DNA of 62,696 nt, filler included, from Stramenopiles sp. TOSAG23-6 (GCA_900128565.1; 7 parts of 7 records of this genome joined end to end with filler, not necessarily neighbours in it); one strand, 5' to 3'. Positions 24,152-35,827 are shown, numbered from the whole stretch's first letter. Program-made: numbers and translations. Notes: generated by a model not told the origin, from the letters alone.

Positions 24152-25779
24152 GTATATATTCAACTATAGGGAGTGATTACGACACATGACCTGTTCTGAA
24201 CGATATTTGCTTTGAGCCACCCTTTAGGGAGGTTCGGCTAACGTGTGGATACAACATGCACCACCAAATGAACCCTATCATTTTTGTTCAGTTGAACCAT
24301 TTTTTTCTTTTTTTTTTTACAATAATAAGATCTGGTATGCGAGCTTTGGGATGTAGTAACCCTCAGCAGCTACCACTGCAATGATTTGCGCTGAGTTTTC
24401 TTTTCTAAGTTAACATTTCATGACGTCAATGCAAAGCTAAAGATCTTAAAGTAACGAAGTTGTTGAGCTGCTATGTATTCTACATGTATAGTTCTATATG
24501 TACAAATATGTGTAGTATTGTAACGTGCTCCTTCTTTTCGGTCTCTATATTCCTAGTCTTGATNTTAGCAACTATGTTGCCATTGATGTTGAGAAAAACC
24601 ATAGATGAAACAACCCTAACCACAACCCTAACCATATGAAACACTTTTTTATTTTTTATTTTTTTTTATTTTGATGTGTGTACTCATTTATTTTACTTTT
24701 TCGTATATATATTTTATAACAAAGAGTTCTTCCCTCTGTAGGCAATGAAGTTTTAAAGTCTGTAGTCGCTCAATATCCTGCTTCAGAGCTCTTAACGAAG
24801 CGTGACGAAGTTTCTAAAGATATTCGTAAACAATTGACCACTCGCTGTGCTGAATTTCATATTGATTTGGATGATGTATCAATTACGTACGTAATATTAT
24901 TACACAAACCCTAACCCTAATGTTTTGTACAGATTGTATGAAATATTTTGAAATATTTCGTGTTATTTTCCATTTTTATGATCTTTTATTTTGATTTATG
25001 GCATCAATCAATCATTGAGGGCATTGACGACAACACAATTAATTGAGACTTTTGTTCTACAAACAAATACTCGATGAACGATTGAGATTTCTGCCCGAGC
25101 CCTTTTTTGTTTGGTACGATTNTTTTTCATACGAAATTTCGTACCTAACGATTTTTTTTTGTTTGGTACGATAGCAAAAAATTGCCAATTTAAAGTATTT
25201 CATTTTTTTTTTCGTACGAANTCTTTGAGATTGTTTTCATTTGATTTAAAATTGTATGATGATTGGAATTAAACCATCTTTCGACTGACTGGGTGTTGCA
25301 ACCCACAAGTGATTACGAAAAGGTCCCAACATTCTGACAATAATCAATCTAAAGTTTATTTTTTTTTACTATGAAAATTTCTCCAACAAATTATGTGTTT
25401 TACTATTTGCTTTTATATTTTCAATGTCTCATTTCAAAACTTTGTTTGACAATATTTTTAATACAACAGTCATCTTACATTTGGTNCAGAGTTTACCAAA
25501 GCTATTGAGCACAAGCAAGTTGCACAGCAGGAAGCCGAACGTGCAAAATTTATTGTTGAAAAATCTGAACAAGAAAAGAAAGCTAAAATTATAACCTCTG
25601 AAGGTGAGTCTGAATCCGCGGAATTGTTTGGAGAATCTATTAAAACACATGGAAATGGTTTCTTGGAGTTGAGTAGAATTCATGCTGCCACTGAGATTGC
25701 ACACACTCTTGCTAGATCTCGAAATGTCACATATATGCCACCTGGAAATTCTTCTAATATGCTTTTAAGCATTAAGTAA
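24152..25779 (+). CDS. PHB: Prohibitin, 5'-partial; exons ~24152-24186, ~24723-24886 and 25470-25779
   Basis: [28 protein letters not shown]...[37 protein letters not shown]; intron 24887-25469 is GT-AG. Confidence 0.92.
24166..24278 (+). ncRNA. Box C/D snoRNA, snR55/U33-like (copy 2, 170 nt downstream)
   Basis: Identical to 23996-24108. Confidence 0.7.
25251..25341 (+). ncRNA. Intronic box C/D snoRNA, snR39/U51-like, with two guides
   Basis: ATTGT/ACAAT stem, box C ATGATGA, D' CTGA, C' GTGATTA, D CTGA; guides ACCATCTTTCG and GGTCCCAACA are antisense to LSU UGUUGGGACCCGAAAGAUGGU. Confidence 0.85.
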
Positions 25780-25816
25780 AAAAAATGTATCCTTCGATCA
25801 TATTTTGCAAAGAAAT

Positions 25817-25919
25817 TCTTGTGGATGTTCGTTTCATCGTAAAAACGTCTTGTGGATGTTCNTTTNATTGTAAAAACGTCTTGTGNATGTTCTTTTTATT
25901 GTAAAAACGTCTTGTGGAT
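25817..25919 (+). repeat. ~31-bp tandem repeat (about 3.3 copies) in the prohibitin 3' UTR
   Basis: Repeated TCTTGTGGATGTTC...GTAAAAACG. Confidence 0.8.
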
Positions 25920-26076
25920 AGTGTGTGATATTATTTTATTATGATTGGAATGACATATTATGTTGTATTTGTTTTTGTAATAAAAGATGTACATAGTATA
26001 TAAAGCCTGTTATGTCTTTAAGTGGGTTTTCGTGTTTTTTTTTGTTTTCTTTATTTTTTTTTTTTTTATTTTCAAA

Positions 26077-28382
26077 TTATCGTTTTCTTTTGTTCCCTAT
26101 TATTGTATCATTTGAACGATTCATTACCTTTCGCATAGCATCCCAATCGCCTAATGTACCATCATGGGACTCTATAATTCGTGCATGCACATCAGGATAT
26201 ATTTTCTTCAAAAATTCACCAGCCATTTCACTTCTTTTTTTTTCTTTATTACGAGTTTGTTGAGATGTTTCACTGCCTCCTTTAGTGCCAAGCTTCTGAA
26301 CTATCCAAATTGGTCTTGGTTTTCTAACATGTCCACTACTTCCAACACACCCCAAATACATACAATTTGATAATCGCCACATCATAAATAAAACCATTTT
26401 TTCACATACTAAAACGCCTGCAGAAGGAATATCTGTAATATGTATCGCCATGTAACCGCCTTTATCCAACAAGCTCCATGCTCGTGATAACGAAACATAT
26501 AAAAAACCAACAAGCCAGTCATTAAACTGCTGAAATGTGTCCATAGATTGCCCCTTTAATGAAGTATATACTTCAAAATCAAAAAATGGAGGTGAAGTGA
26601 ATACGAGATCATACCTTTCTAATTGGCCTCTTCCTCCTTTTTTACTATTTTTATCCAATTTTCGTGGTAGAGCTGCTGTTTCAAAAGGCTCGTACACAAT
26701 AGTTGCATTTGTACGCATGTATTTTGAAAAACAATTTCAAAAAAAAAAACTAAAATTTGTTAGGTACAAAATTTCGTACGAAAAAAAATCAAAATTGAAA
26801 AAAAATAAAACCTACAGACTACGACCAGGTCGAGAAAGACGTTGAAAACGCTCGATGATTTTATCATGACCAGATTTAAGTTCAGAATTAGGATCACATG
26901 CTACATGTATTGTGAAAAAAAAAACATTTTAGTCAAACAAATTGTTAAGATACAAAATTTTCTACCAAAAAAAAAATTAAAATTTTTAAAAATGATGAAA
27001 ATGTACATATCTCTCAACACCTGCAGCAAGAGCACCGATGAGACGATCGCCCCAACCTGCACTTATATCTAATACACGAGTCGCCCTGAAGAGTTTCATA
27101 ACAGATGCTGCAAGACTTGCTTTAAATTGAGTACATATATTGTGAAAAATTATTTTACATTTAATTTTTTTGTTAGGTACAAATTTTTGGTACAAAATAT
27201 ATATATATATTACGTTCAATTTTGAAATCGGACATTCTCTTAGGCATTTCCACATGGCTTCCCGCATTGCAAATGGTGTTAAACCCTCAGGTCTTTCCAT
27301 TGTAGCTTCGATGAGTGACTTTTGAAATACTTTGTCTTCAGCATACATTTCTAAAGGACATAAAGTTTGTATTGTGAAAAAATATTTTTTTTTCGTGCAA
27401 AAAAATCGTTAGGTACAAAATTTCGTACGAAAAAAAAATGAAATTCATGATGAAAAGGTACTTGATCTTTACGCCTCGCTGACATTCTCTGAACTTCAGT
27501 GAAATAATCAGTCACAATGTCCATGTCCCAATACTCGCTATCTTTATGCATAAATAAAACAAAATTAAAATCATCTTTTTTTTGTGGATTACGCATTGCG
27601 ATCTGTAAAAAACCTCTAGGAGTTTTGAATTTCACATTAAAAGGTTTGAAGGTTTCATTAGAGACGTCGATGCTACACCTTTGTAAATTTCTGAATTTTT
27701 GGTCAATATCTGTAAGGTAATGCACTTTTAAGGGGAATGTGATATGACCCAATTGCATTAGTTGGCACATAGCNGTAACAATATAGCTTGCACCAAACTC
27801 TGTAACTAAAAGTTTTAACTTCGCCTTTGGTAAATGAATTTGGGAATTACTATCAATAAAATGATACATTAGAGCTCGGCATGATATTGCACCAATATCT
27901 CCTAGTAACTGTACAACACGATCATTTTTAATACTTCTTTCCTTGCATAAGATAGGAATCCATTCGCGGCGTAGTTGTCGCATTTTGCTACAAGCTTTAT
28001 TTGCTTCTTCAAGAAGAGCAGTGCGCAGATCTTTTGTTTTTTTACGTATTTTTTGCTCAACATCATCACACATACCAAGGAGTACACGTGTACGCTCTAC
28101 TCTACCTTCTGAACCTGACGGTGATTCAACTCTAAGATAATCAATTAACTTATCNCGCAATCCAACCAGCTTTANAAGATAAGTTTTTTTTCGCAGTAAG
28201 GTTTCATCACGTTGGCTCTGACATTTGTTCTCCCAACGAGAAACTAAGTCAAGGAGGAAGAGTAGAGGTTTTGAACCTGCCTCTCGACCTCGAACAACAT
28301 CAGCTGCTTCTTTCAATGCAGTTTCTTGACCACTGAGTAAAATATTAAGACGCTCATCTTCTGGGTCAAAAGTCTCATCCAT
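26077..28382 (-). CDS. SAM-dependent amino-(N6A/N4C) DNA methyltransferase-like protein, five exons
   Basis: ECTQFK, VLDISAGWGDRLIGA, Y|VACDPN and DLVFTSPPFFDFEVY reconstructed by removing four introner introns. Confidence 0.8.
26717..26815 (-). mobile_element. Introner intron, GT-AT (99 nt)
   Basis: ct|GTAGGTTTTATT...core...TCAAAATAC-AT|g. Confidence 0.8.
26905..27006 (-). mobile_element. Introner intron, GT-AT (102 nt)
   Basis: at|GTACATTTTCATC...CACAATAC-AT|; restores ERY|VACDPN. Confidence 0.85.
27135..27233 (-). mobile_element. Introner intron, GT-AT (99 nt, in frame)
   Basis: at|GTCCGA...CACAATAT-AT|gt; restores RECTQFK. Confidence 0.7.
27367..27461 (-). mobile_element. Introner intron, GT-AA (95 nt)
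   Basis: aa|GTACCTTTTCATCATG...CACAATAC-AA|; restores RKDQ|TLCPLEM. Confidence 0.85.
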
Positions 28383-28886
28383 CTTGTAAGAAAAAAGAAG
28401 AGTTTTATTGAAGAAGACCTAAAAGAAAGTGTGACTGACTGTTAATCTTAATCCAGAATCGATCAATTATTATGAAATTATTATCGATAATATATATCGA
28501 TTTTTGACACGAAATACTATTTTTTTTATTAATATTAGTAAAAATAACTTGAAAAATACTACGTAAAAAATAATCGGAAAGAATCACGAAATTTCTGATT
28601 TTATCTGGATTTTATCATATGTTTGCGTATGTTCCATGTTTTTTCAACATATATTTTGGAATATTTTATAATGTTTAACATATTGTTAAAAAGTTAATCG
28701 AAGTACAAAGAGGAGGAAACAAAGATATACACAATTACAGTTGAGTCAAATTTCTTTTTATTTTCAGCACATTTTTACAGAAGAAATTTTTATATACATA
28801 GAACTTTCCAAGAACTCTCTCTCTCCACAGAAAGTTACACTCTCTATTCCGACTCTATTAGTCTACTCACCTGACTTGACTTGAAA

Positions 28887-29690
28887 TTATCGGCCACCTN
28901 CACTTGTTTCCATTGTATCTACCGGTAACTCTAAATNTCCAGTATAGTNAAANTCANCANCNTCAGCAAACNCATTTNCGATATNTNCGTCATCCTCTTC
29001 GTACTCTTTGTAATGAGTTGAGTTCGTATCACATTGATACTCTGTNGTTTGNACTCCACTNCACTTGGCGGATACAGTGTGCGAATTATCATTGTTGTAC
29101 TTCGATGTCTCACAGGCACAAAATAACTCCAAAGCTTCTTGTTGAAGTAAAGCTCGAGCCTTTTCCAAATCAATCTTTGCCAATCCGATTTCTTTCACTG
29201 CCTCGTTAACTGCATCTTGTGTTGTTGTTAGTGCAGTAGCACCGCAACCTCCAACATTTTCCTGGCAGTCTTCTGGTGCCTCCCCTGAGCAGCAATTATG
29301 CTGTGCTTCAGCAGCCACAATTTTTGCGTTGTACCCGTCGATCGCATCTTTGTGGCGGCTCATGCTCGCTTCATGATAATTGCATTGCGTTCCGCGTAAA
29401 CCACTTCCATTCATATCAGTTCCCATGGTACTCTCATCACAATAATCGCTGATATGTTCATACTGTTCCTCAATGTTTCCAGCAGTGTTGAGATAGCCTT
29501 CATCAAATCCATTCTTAAATTCACCTTCACCCGTTAAATTAAAGGCATCATCAACATCATCGCCCCATATATCCTCCTGGTCGTCATTCAATTTGCGTCG
29601 CTGTAGATTTTTCCCCGAATTTTCGGCAACCTTTGATTCGTTTTGTTTCGATATTGATTGTTGGAAGACAACGCCAAGCAAACCCAACAT
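28887..29690 (-). CDS. Putative secreted/surface Cys-containing acidic protein
   Basis: Hydrophobic N-terminus, RRKL motif, spaced Cys, many ambiguous bases. Confidence 0.6.
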   Translation of the reverse strand: MLGLLGVVFQQSISKQNESKVAENSGKNLQRRKLNDDQEDIWGDDVDDAFNLTGEGEFKNGFDEGYLNTAGNIEEQYEHISDYCDESTMGTDMNGSGLRGTQCNYHEASMSRHKDAIDGYNAKIVAAEAQHNCCSGEAPEDCQENVGGCGATALTTTQDAVNEAVKEIGLAKIDLEKARALLQQEALELFCACETSKYNNDNSHTVSAKXSGXQXTEYQCDTNSTHYKEYEEDDXXIXNXFAXXXXFXYTGXLELPVDTMETSXGGR

Positions 29691-29988
29691 AGAAATGACG
29701 ATACCGATCTGTTTAAATGACGGNATTTTATTACTCCAGATTTAGTTTCCAACGTTACTTTTCGTTTTGTGTTCTTTTACACTTGTTGCAAGGACTGCGA
29801 CTACACTTTTTTTTTTAGATTTCTTCTTTATAACGGTTGTTTGTTTGTGTTCAATGTAACGGAAGCGACGGAAACGGAAAATCCCCGCGGTTACCGGGTA
29901 CCGATGGAAACGCGTTTATCGTTACTTTTTGACTCAAGATCACTTTCCACAAGTTATNCTCTCNTTGTGAAGTCGTTTTTAAAGCAAT

Positions 29989-31302
29989 ATGACTGAGGAG
30001 TATTCTTTACAGTATCTCGATACTCTTGAGACTTTGAGTTGGATTGAGAGGGCCGGNAAAGTTCGAGTTGCATATCCAAATGGAGACACGTATGAAGGAN
30101 GTGTAAATTCCAAAGGATATAAACATGGTAATGGGACATATACGTGGAAATGTGATCTTGAAGCAAACCCAAACCTTAACGCTCTAGTTGACGCTGGGGC
30201 TGACCCGGAAAAGATGACGATGAAGTATACAGGAGAATATTTAATGGGTAATAAGCATGGAATCGGTTCAATGGAATATCCAGATGGTTCAAAGTATAAA
30301 GGTTCATGGCAACACAATCAACGCCAAGGTGTTGGTACATATACATACCCGTCGGGAGATAAGTATTCTGGCAGTTGGGTTGCGGGGAAAAGACATGGCC
30401 ACGGAGCATATGTATCTAAAGTAGGTAGATCTCAGTATGTCGGAGTATGGCAAAATGGACAACTTTCTCAGGGACAGTGGGTACTTGAAAATGGGACAAT
30501 ATATTCTGGGTCCTTCAACGATGGCATTTGCCCATCAGGCGAAGGTCGCTTCGATTTTCCTGGTGGGGGACAAGAGCTAGGAGAACTTAGTCCATCAGTA
30601 GTCGAAGATGANGACGCAGCAACTTCTTTTACTTGGTCTGGCAAAGGTGCAAAAACAGCAGCTTTGAAATCTGCTGATGTATCTCGTGCATTAAGTTCAG
30701 TTCCACCTCTGACAGCTACCAGAGAAATAGTTGAAAAATTAAAGATTACAAGCGCTGATGCTTCTGGATGTGTTACCATTACAAATGAAGGTGATACACA
30801 AGCGAATTGCCAAGGATTGCGTCTAGAACATAGAGATTCTGCTCAATCTAAATCTGAAAATTCCGACGAAAATGTTGAAAATGACACAGATAAAAATGAT
30901 GAAAATCAATCGGATAAAAATTTAAATGTTTTAAAAGTTTTTGTATTCAAAAATGATTGTAAGCTAGAAGCTGGTCAAAGTTGTTACATTTTGAGTGGTG
31001 ATTCTGCCGCACCAAACAGTGCTAATGTTGGGGGAGTAAGTGTTAAAGCACCAGATAACGAGGAGGGTGAAGAAGCCGAAGGCTCATTGAAACCTTTATT
31101 TTTGGTATGGGGCAAAGATGATATATTTAGTGGGGCCTTATCACGTCAAGTTCTTGCTTTGACTTCACCTTCCTTTGGTGATTTAAGTGTACTTGAGGAA
31201 GCATCAGGAAAAGATGAGGTTCCAGTTGAAGAACCAGGGCAAGAAGTATCACCCGATGCACCTGATGAACCTGGTGAACCTGATCAACCGGATGAAGAGT
31301 AA
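29989..31302 (+). CDS. MORN-repeat protein (RSPH1-like) with possible lamin-tail-like domain
   Basis: Repeated YxGxWxxxxRxGxGxY MORN motifs. Confidence 0.85.
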   Translation: MTEEYSLQYLDTLETLSWIERAXKVRVAYPNGDTYEGXVNSKGYKHGNGTYTWKCDLEANPNLNALVDAGADPEKMTMKYTGEYLMGNKHGIGSMEYPDGSKYKGSWQHNQRQGVGTYTYPSGDKYSGSWVAGKRHGHGAYVSKVGRSQYVGVWQNGQLSQGQWVLENGTIYSGSFNDGICPSGEGRFDFPGGGQELGELSPSVVEDXDAATSFTWSGKGAKTAALKSADVSRALSSVPPLTATREIVEKLKITSADASGCVTITNEGDTQANCQGLRLEHRDSAQSKSENSDENVENDTDKNDENQSDKNLNVLKVFVFKNDCKLEAGQSCYILSGDSAAPNSANVGGVSVKAPDNEEGEEAEGSLKPLFLVWGKDDIFSGALSRQVLALTSPSFGDLSVLEEASGKDEVPVEEPGQEVSPDAPDEPGEPDQPDEE

Positions 31303-31433
31303 ATGCGAAATCCTAACCCTAACTAAAACAATAGAGTAATAACGGGACTTTGTCTGTACAATATTATAGAGTAAAACATGATTTAACAAGGGATTTCCAA
31401 TTTATAAGATACATAATAAAAACTAATATAGTA

Positions 31434-34400
31434 TCATATCGAGTCTTCATAAATTTGNTCTAAAAGTTTTCTACCTGTAGATGCAGTTGACCTTAATCCA
31501 GATGTATTCGCCTCTTCTATTAATTCCTCTAGTGTAGCCGTATCTAATGTCTTCAATGCATTCCACATTCGTTTCCGCAACATTCCAACTCTTTCACTGT
31601 CTGAAGTATCCTTTTTACTTTCTTTAATAATGCCTTCAAAAACTCTTTGACTCTTTTCAAATTCTCTTGCTGCTTTCATTGCTTCTTTCCCCATTTCAAA
31701 CTTAGATCTAGGCCTTGGTTTAAGTGTTAATTTCACAATGCGGCTCTCAGGTCCATGATGTGAAGTCGATGCGANGTCTCCCATTTCTGACACTCCACTA
31801 CTTTGAGTGTTATGTTTTTCTTCTCTCCCACTTGGAACTACGGATTTTGATTGTCTTGAAGATATAACAGGGAATCTAGATTTAAGATCTGTAACTTCTG
31901 GGCTACGNACATAATCATATTCTGACTCNTTTCCTTCATTTTTTAATATATCGTTANCATCAACTTTTGTCTCTTCAGTTTTAATGTTTATGGAAAGATT
32001 CTCCAGTTCATTCACATGTTTTTTAAAGATTATATTCCACATAGGGTGTGCCATACCTTGGCGCAATGTTGCTATCAAAGACCCATCTTCGATGTCCCAG
32101 AGAGCGATTTTACAATCACTTGAACCAGTAAGTAATTTCGGCGGGTCTGCATTGTCTACAATAGTAGTGGATAATATAGCACTATCATGCGCCCGTTTCA
32201 CTTTCCAAGACACATCTGGTGCACACTGCTTTATTTGAGATATATCTATTTGAGATCTTTTCGGTGAACTTGGTGTAACCCGAGCATCCCANATAGACGG
32301 GGTGCTTCCTAACTTCTTCACTATAAGATCTTCCAAGGATTGTGCACGCAAGTCACCATATTCATCTCCAGTATATAAGGTCATATTTGGCGTGTGAAAT
32401 GCTGCAGAAACGGCTGTGCCGGGAATTCTNGCTTTAGATGACTGCTTAAATTGAAGAATTTTAGTGTGATTTAGACCACTTGAACGACATCCCCATATNT
32501 CGATATCGCCAGTCGACACTCCACAAGCAAAAAATGGGTAAGGTCCTAAAAATTGTATAAATGTCGTATGACCTCTGTATGCCTCGATCTTTTTAATACT
32601 ATTCACTTTGTGATGAAGCTTCGCCTCATTTGACTCATCTTTTCCATGTTTAATTACGCCCTCGAGTTTTCCATCTGTATAATTCCATAATCGAATGGTC
32701 GAATCAGCACTCCCTGTAGCAATAAGCGATAGTTCCTGAGAGTATGATGATGTAGTCAAATCATCAGTATGTCCTTGAAGTCTCTGTGGGTCTAAACATA
32801 ACAAAACTGCGTCATTCATTCCTTCATCAACATTATCATCATGAATGATTATTCTTCCCGACCAATCACAAGAAACAATGCACCCAGGTTCAGCAACAGG
32901 AGAATCACTGATTTTAGGACAATATAAAAGACTGGTTATCTCAGTTGGTTGTGGCATCAAACTTTTTACTTTTGAACCAGATCTAAGATTAACGGCAGAA
33001 ATGTTTCCATCATCGTCGCCTAAGAATACTACTCGTCCCTTATAATCCAAACAAGCTGCTGTAATTGTAGAGGGCATAATTGATCGGAACTCTTCTAAAA
33101 GTTTTCCATCTTTGGCAGACCATACTTTTACATTTTTTTCATGTGTAGAGACAATTATTTTTGTGTCAGGAGAAAAAAGAAGTGAAGAAACTGGCAAATC
33201 ATCTGAGAGGTTTCTTACTCCTGTACCTTGTGGCTTTTCCCTCTTGAACACTGACAAATACGTTTTAGATGTCGTCACGTACTGTAAAAAAATATTTCAA
33301 AAAAAAAATCGTTAGGTACAAAATTTCGTACGAAAAATAAATAAATTTAAAATGCATGATAAAAACGTACACTATCTGGGACGTCCGTTCTACTTTTCGA
33401 AATAAACCAGGACCATTTGTAACTTTGAATTCACGCGGGGGTATGTATGCAACTGCTGTTCCCTGTTTTATGTCTCCAGTAAAAGTTTGAAGGCAACGAA
33501 AAGTTCGAATATCCCATATTTTACAGATTCCGTCAGCATCAGTGGTCAAAACTTCATTGGAATCGTCACCTCCCATTCGAGTCACATTAACAAGTGACGC
33601 TGAATGTCCTTTGAGTGTAAATACCTCAGCTTCGCCAAACGGACTCCATACATATGCTTCGTGATCAAAACCAGCACTAACTAACAATTTTGAACTTGGT
33701 AAATAGGATAAAGATACGACACCAAATGTGTGTCCACGTAATATTTGTTTTCGAACTCCAGTAAAAACATGTAGTATGAAAAACTATTTTAGGAAAGAAA
33801 TCGTTAAGTACGGAATTTCGTACGAAAAAAAAATATTTGAAATTTATCATGAAAACGTACATCCCAGATACAAATATTTGTATCAAGTGAAGCCGACGCA
33901 ATTGTATCCAATGAACCCAGGTGGTGCAAATCCATGACCATATCGGCATGACCTTGCATTGCAGACGCTTTTTCACGACGATTTTGAATATCCCAAACAT
34001 GAACCAGTCCATTGACAGTACCCGAATACATTCGTTTGTGTGTATCTAACCAGCATAAACTCATATTAACACTGGGTGCAGGCCAACATAGTGGGGTGTT
34101 TCCATCATCACTTAATGCAACTTTATATTGCCGTTTTCCGCGGCTTAAACTCCACAGACCCATCGTAGCATCTCCAAATGAAAACATCATTCCGTTATAT
34201 TCTGGAACATATTCAGCAGCCATCGGAGCCCCTCGTCTTGCAAGGTCAATACTTGCTGATATTTGTGAGCTTTCGATATCATATATCCTAACAACTGATC
34301 CACGCTCTTCCATGATTGCTAATTGATCTGTTGGTTCCATATATACTGCATACTGTATATCTGAGGAGTGTCGATGTTTACGACAAGATTCACTTTGTCC

Positions 34401-34472
34401 CTTACAAAAGGCGAATTTTTGAAAGTCTTTATTTAGAACTTCACCCCCTTGATTGTCTTGGTTATTATTCAT
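31434..34472 (-). CDS. WD40-repeat protein; exons 34472-33861, 33768-33371 and 33276-31434
   Basis: Many GH...WD repeats; frames joined by removing two introner introns. Confidence 0.88.
33277..33370 (-). mobile_element. Introner intron, GT-GT (94 nt)
   Basis: gt|GTACGTTTT...TTACAGTAC-GT|g; using the nearby AG gives an immediate stop. Confidence 0.85.
33769..33860 (-). mobile_element. Introner intron, GT-AT (92 nt)
   Basis: Restores ICIWD|VFTGVRKQILRGH. Confidence 0.88.
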
Positions 34473-34721
34473 GGTTCTTGCTTTAATGAATATAAGTGTG
34501 TATAAGCAGGTGAAAGAGCTTATAATGTATCAATTTTAAAAAAGAATGTACGTATCTAATTTTTGTGAACCACTTGAAAGAAACAAACTTCTTGATTAAG
34601 GTAACATTTCAATTCGCCTGTCAAAGTTTGTAACTGACAGTCATATGAAAATTATGAAAAAGTAATTAACTTAACCAACTGGATTTCAAATTTATTTATT
34701 TTTTCGTACGCAATTTCGTAC

Positions 34722-35772
34722 CTATTGATTTTTTAGTAATTCAAACACTGAAGTTGACGAATTTGCTGTCTTGAGAAAATCCAATCTTAGTTTGAGCTTT
34801 CTTTCTTCACTTTTTTTGTTTTGTGTTGTTTCCTCAGTCAAAAACTTAGATACAGGGAAAGAGGAAGATCGAAGTCGTCCAGCAAATATTTTGGTGAACA
34901 ATATATCAAATTCGAAATTCGGTAAGTACATTTTTTTCTTTAAATTCAGAAATTGGTAAAAACGTAGATGTCAAAAAAAAAAAATCTTTTTTTGTTTAGG
35001 TACAAAATTTCGTACAAAACAAAATTAGAAATTTATGATGAAAACGAAAAAAATTTAGTTGTTAGGTACAAAATTTCGTATGAAAAATAAATTAGAAATT
35101 CATGATGAAAACGTACATGATTCGAGGACTAATCTTTGTTGTCTAATATTTCCCAATGATTTTAAAGTAGGATTGATAATTGTGGGTAAAATCTTCTCCT
35201 TTAAGAACCGGGTTTCGTTTACAATGTGACTACCGATAGTCTTTTTATTTCGAATAGATTTTTTGGAATATCGGGATTTCGTGTTTTTTGTTTCATAATT
35301 TATTTCGTTTCGTATTTCGTAATTTAAATCCAATAAAACTTTTCTTCTACATAGCGACAAATAATGGTATAATGCCAAACTTGATAAAGAATGTCTATTC
35401 TTATAAAACATATACTATGAAAAATATTTTTTTTGTAAAATTTGTTAGGTACGAAATTTCGTACGAAAAAAAAACTTGAAATGAATGATGGAAAAAATAC
35501 ACCTTAATGTCCCTAAGAAAATTTACCAAATGTCGTGACTGCTTTGCATCATCACTCTTTAGTATTTCTATAACTTTATCATATGAAATTGAGTTTTCTC
35601 CTGAATCTCTAAATAGTTTTTCAATGTTTGCAAGCAGTAAAAGGGACTTTATATTTGAAGATTGTTGAAATTTCTCATTAGGGTTAGTAGGGTTAGGGCT
35701 TTGAGAATATCGGTTAGAACTTTTCACTAAAGATGGACTTGGTATTCTGATTGAATTACTTCTTCTTTTAGT
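34722..35772 (-). CDS. Hypothetical multi-exon protein, 5'-partial; one likely homopolymer frameshift near 34935
   Basis: ORF segments separated by introner introns. Confidence 0.5.
34962..35116 (-). mobile_element. Introner intron with internally duplicated core, GT-GT (155 nt)
   Basis: Two tandem CGTTTTCATCAT...TACGAAATTTTGTACCTAA units. Confidence 0.7.
35410..35500 (-). mobile_element. Introner intron, GT-AT (91 nt); a canonical GT-AG alternative 35502-35415 is also in frame
   Basis: Family core present. Confidence 0.7.
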
Positions 35773-35827
35773 ATGTATTTTGGAAAAATATTTCAAAAAA
35801 AAAAAAAACTAAAATTTGTTAGGTACA
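35773..35827 (-). mobile_element. 3' half of an introner intron at contig end (ends AT)
   Basis: GTACCTAAC...TTCCAAAATAC-AT|. Confidence 0.75.
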
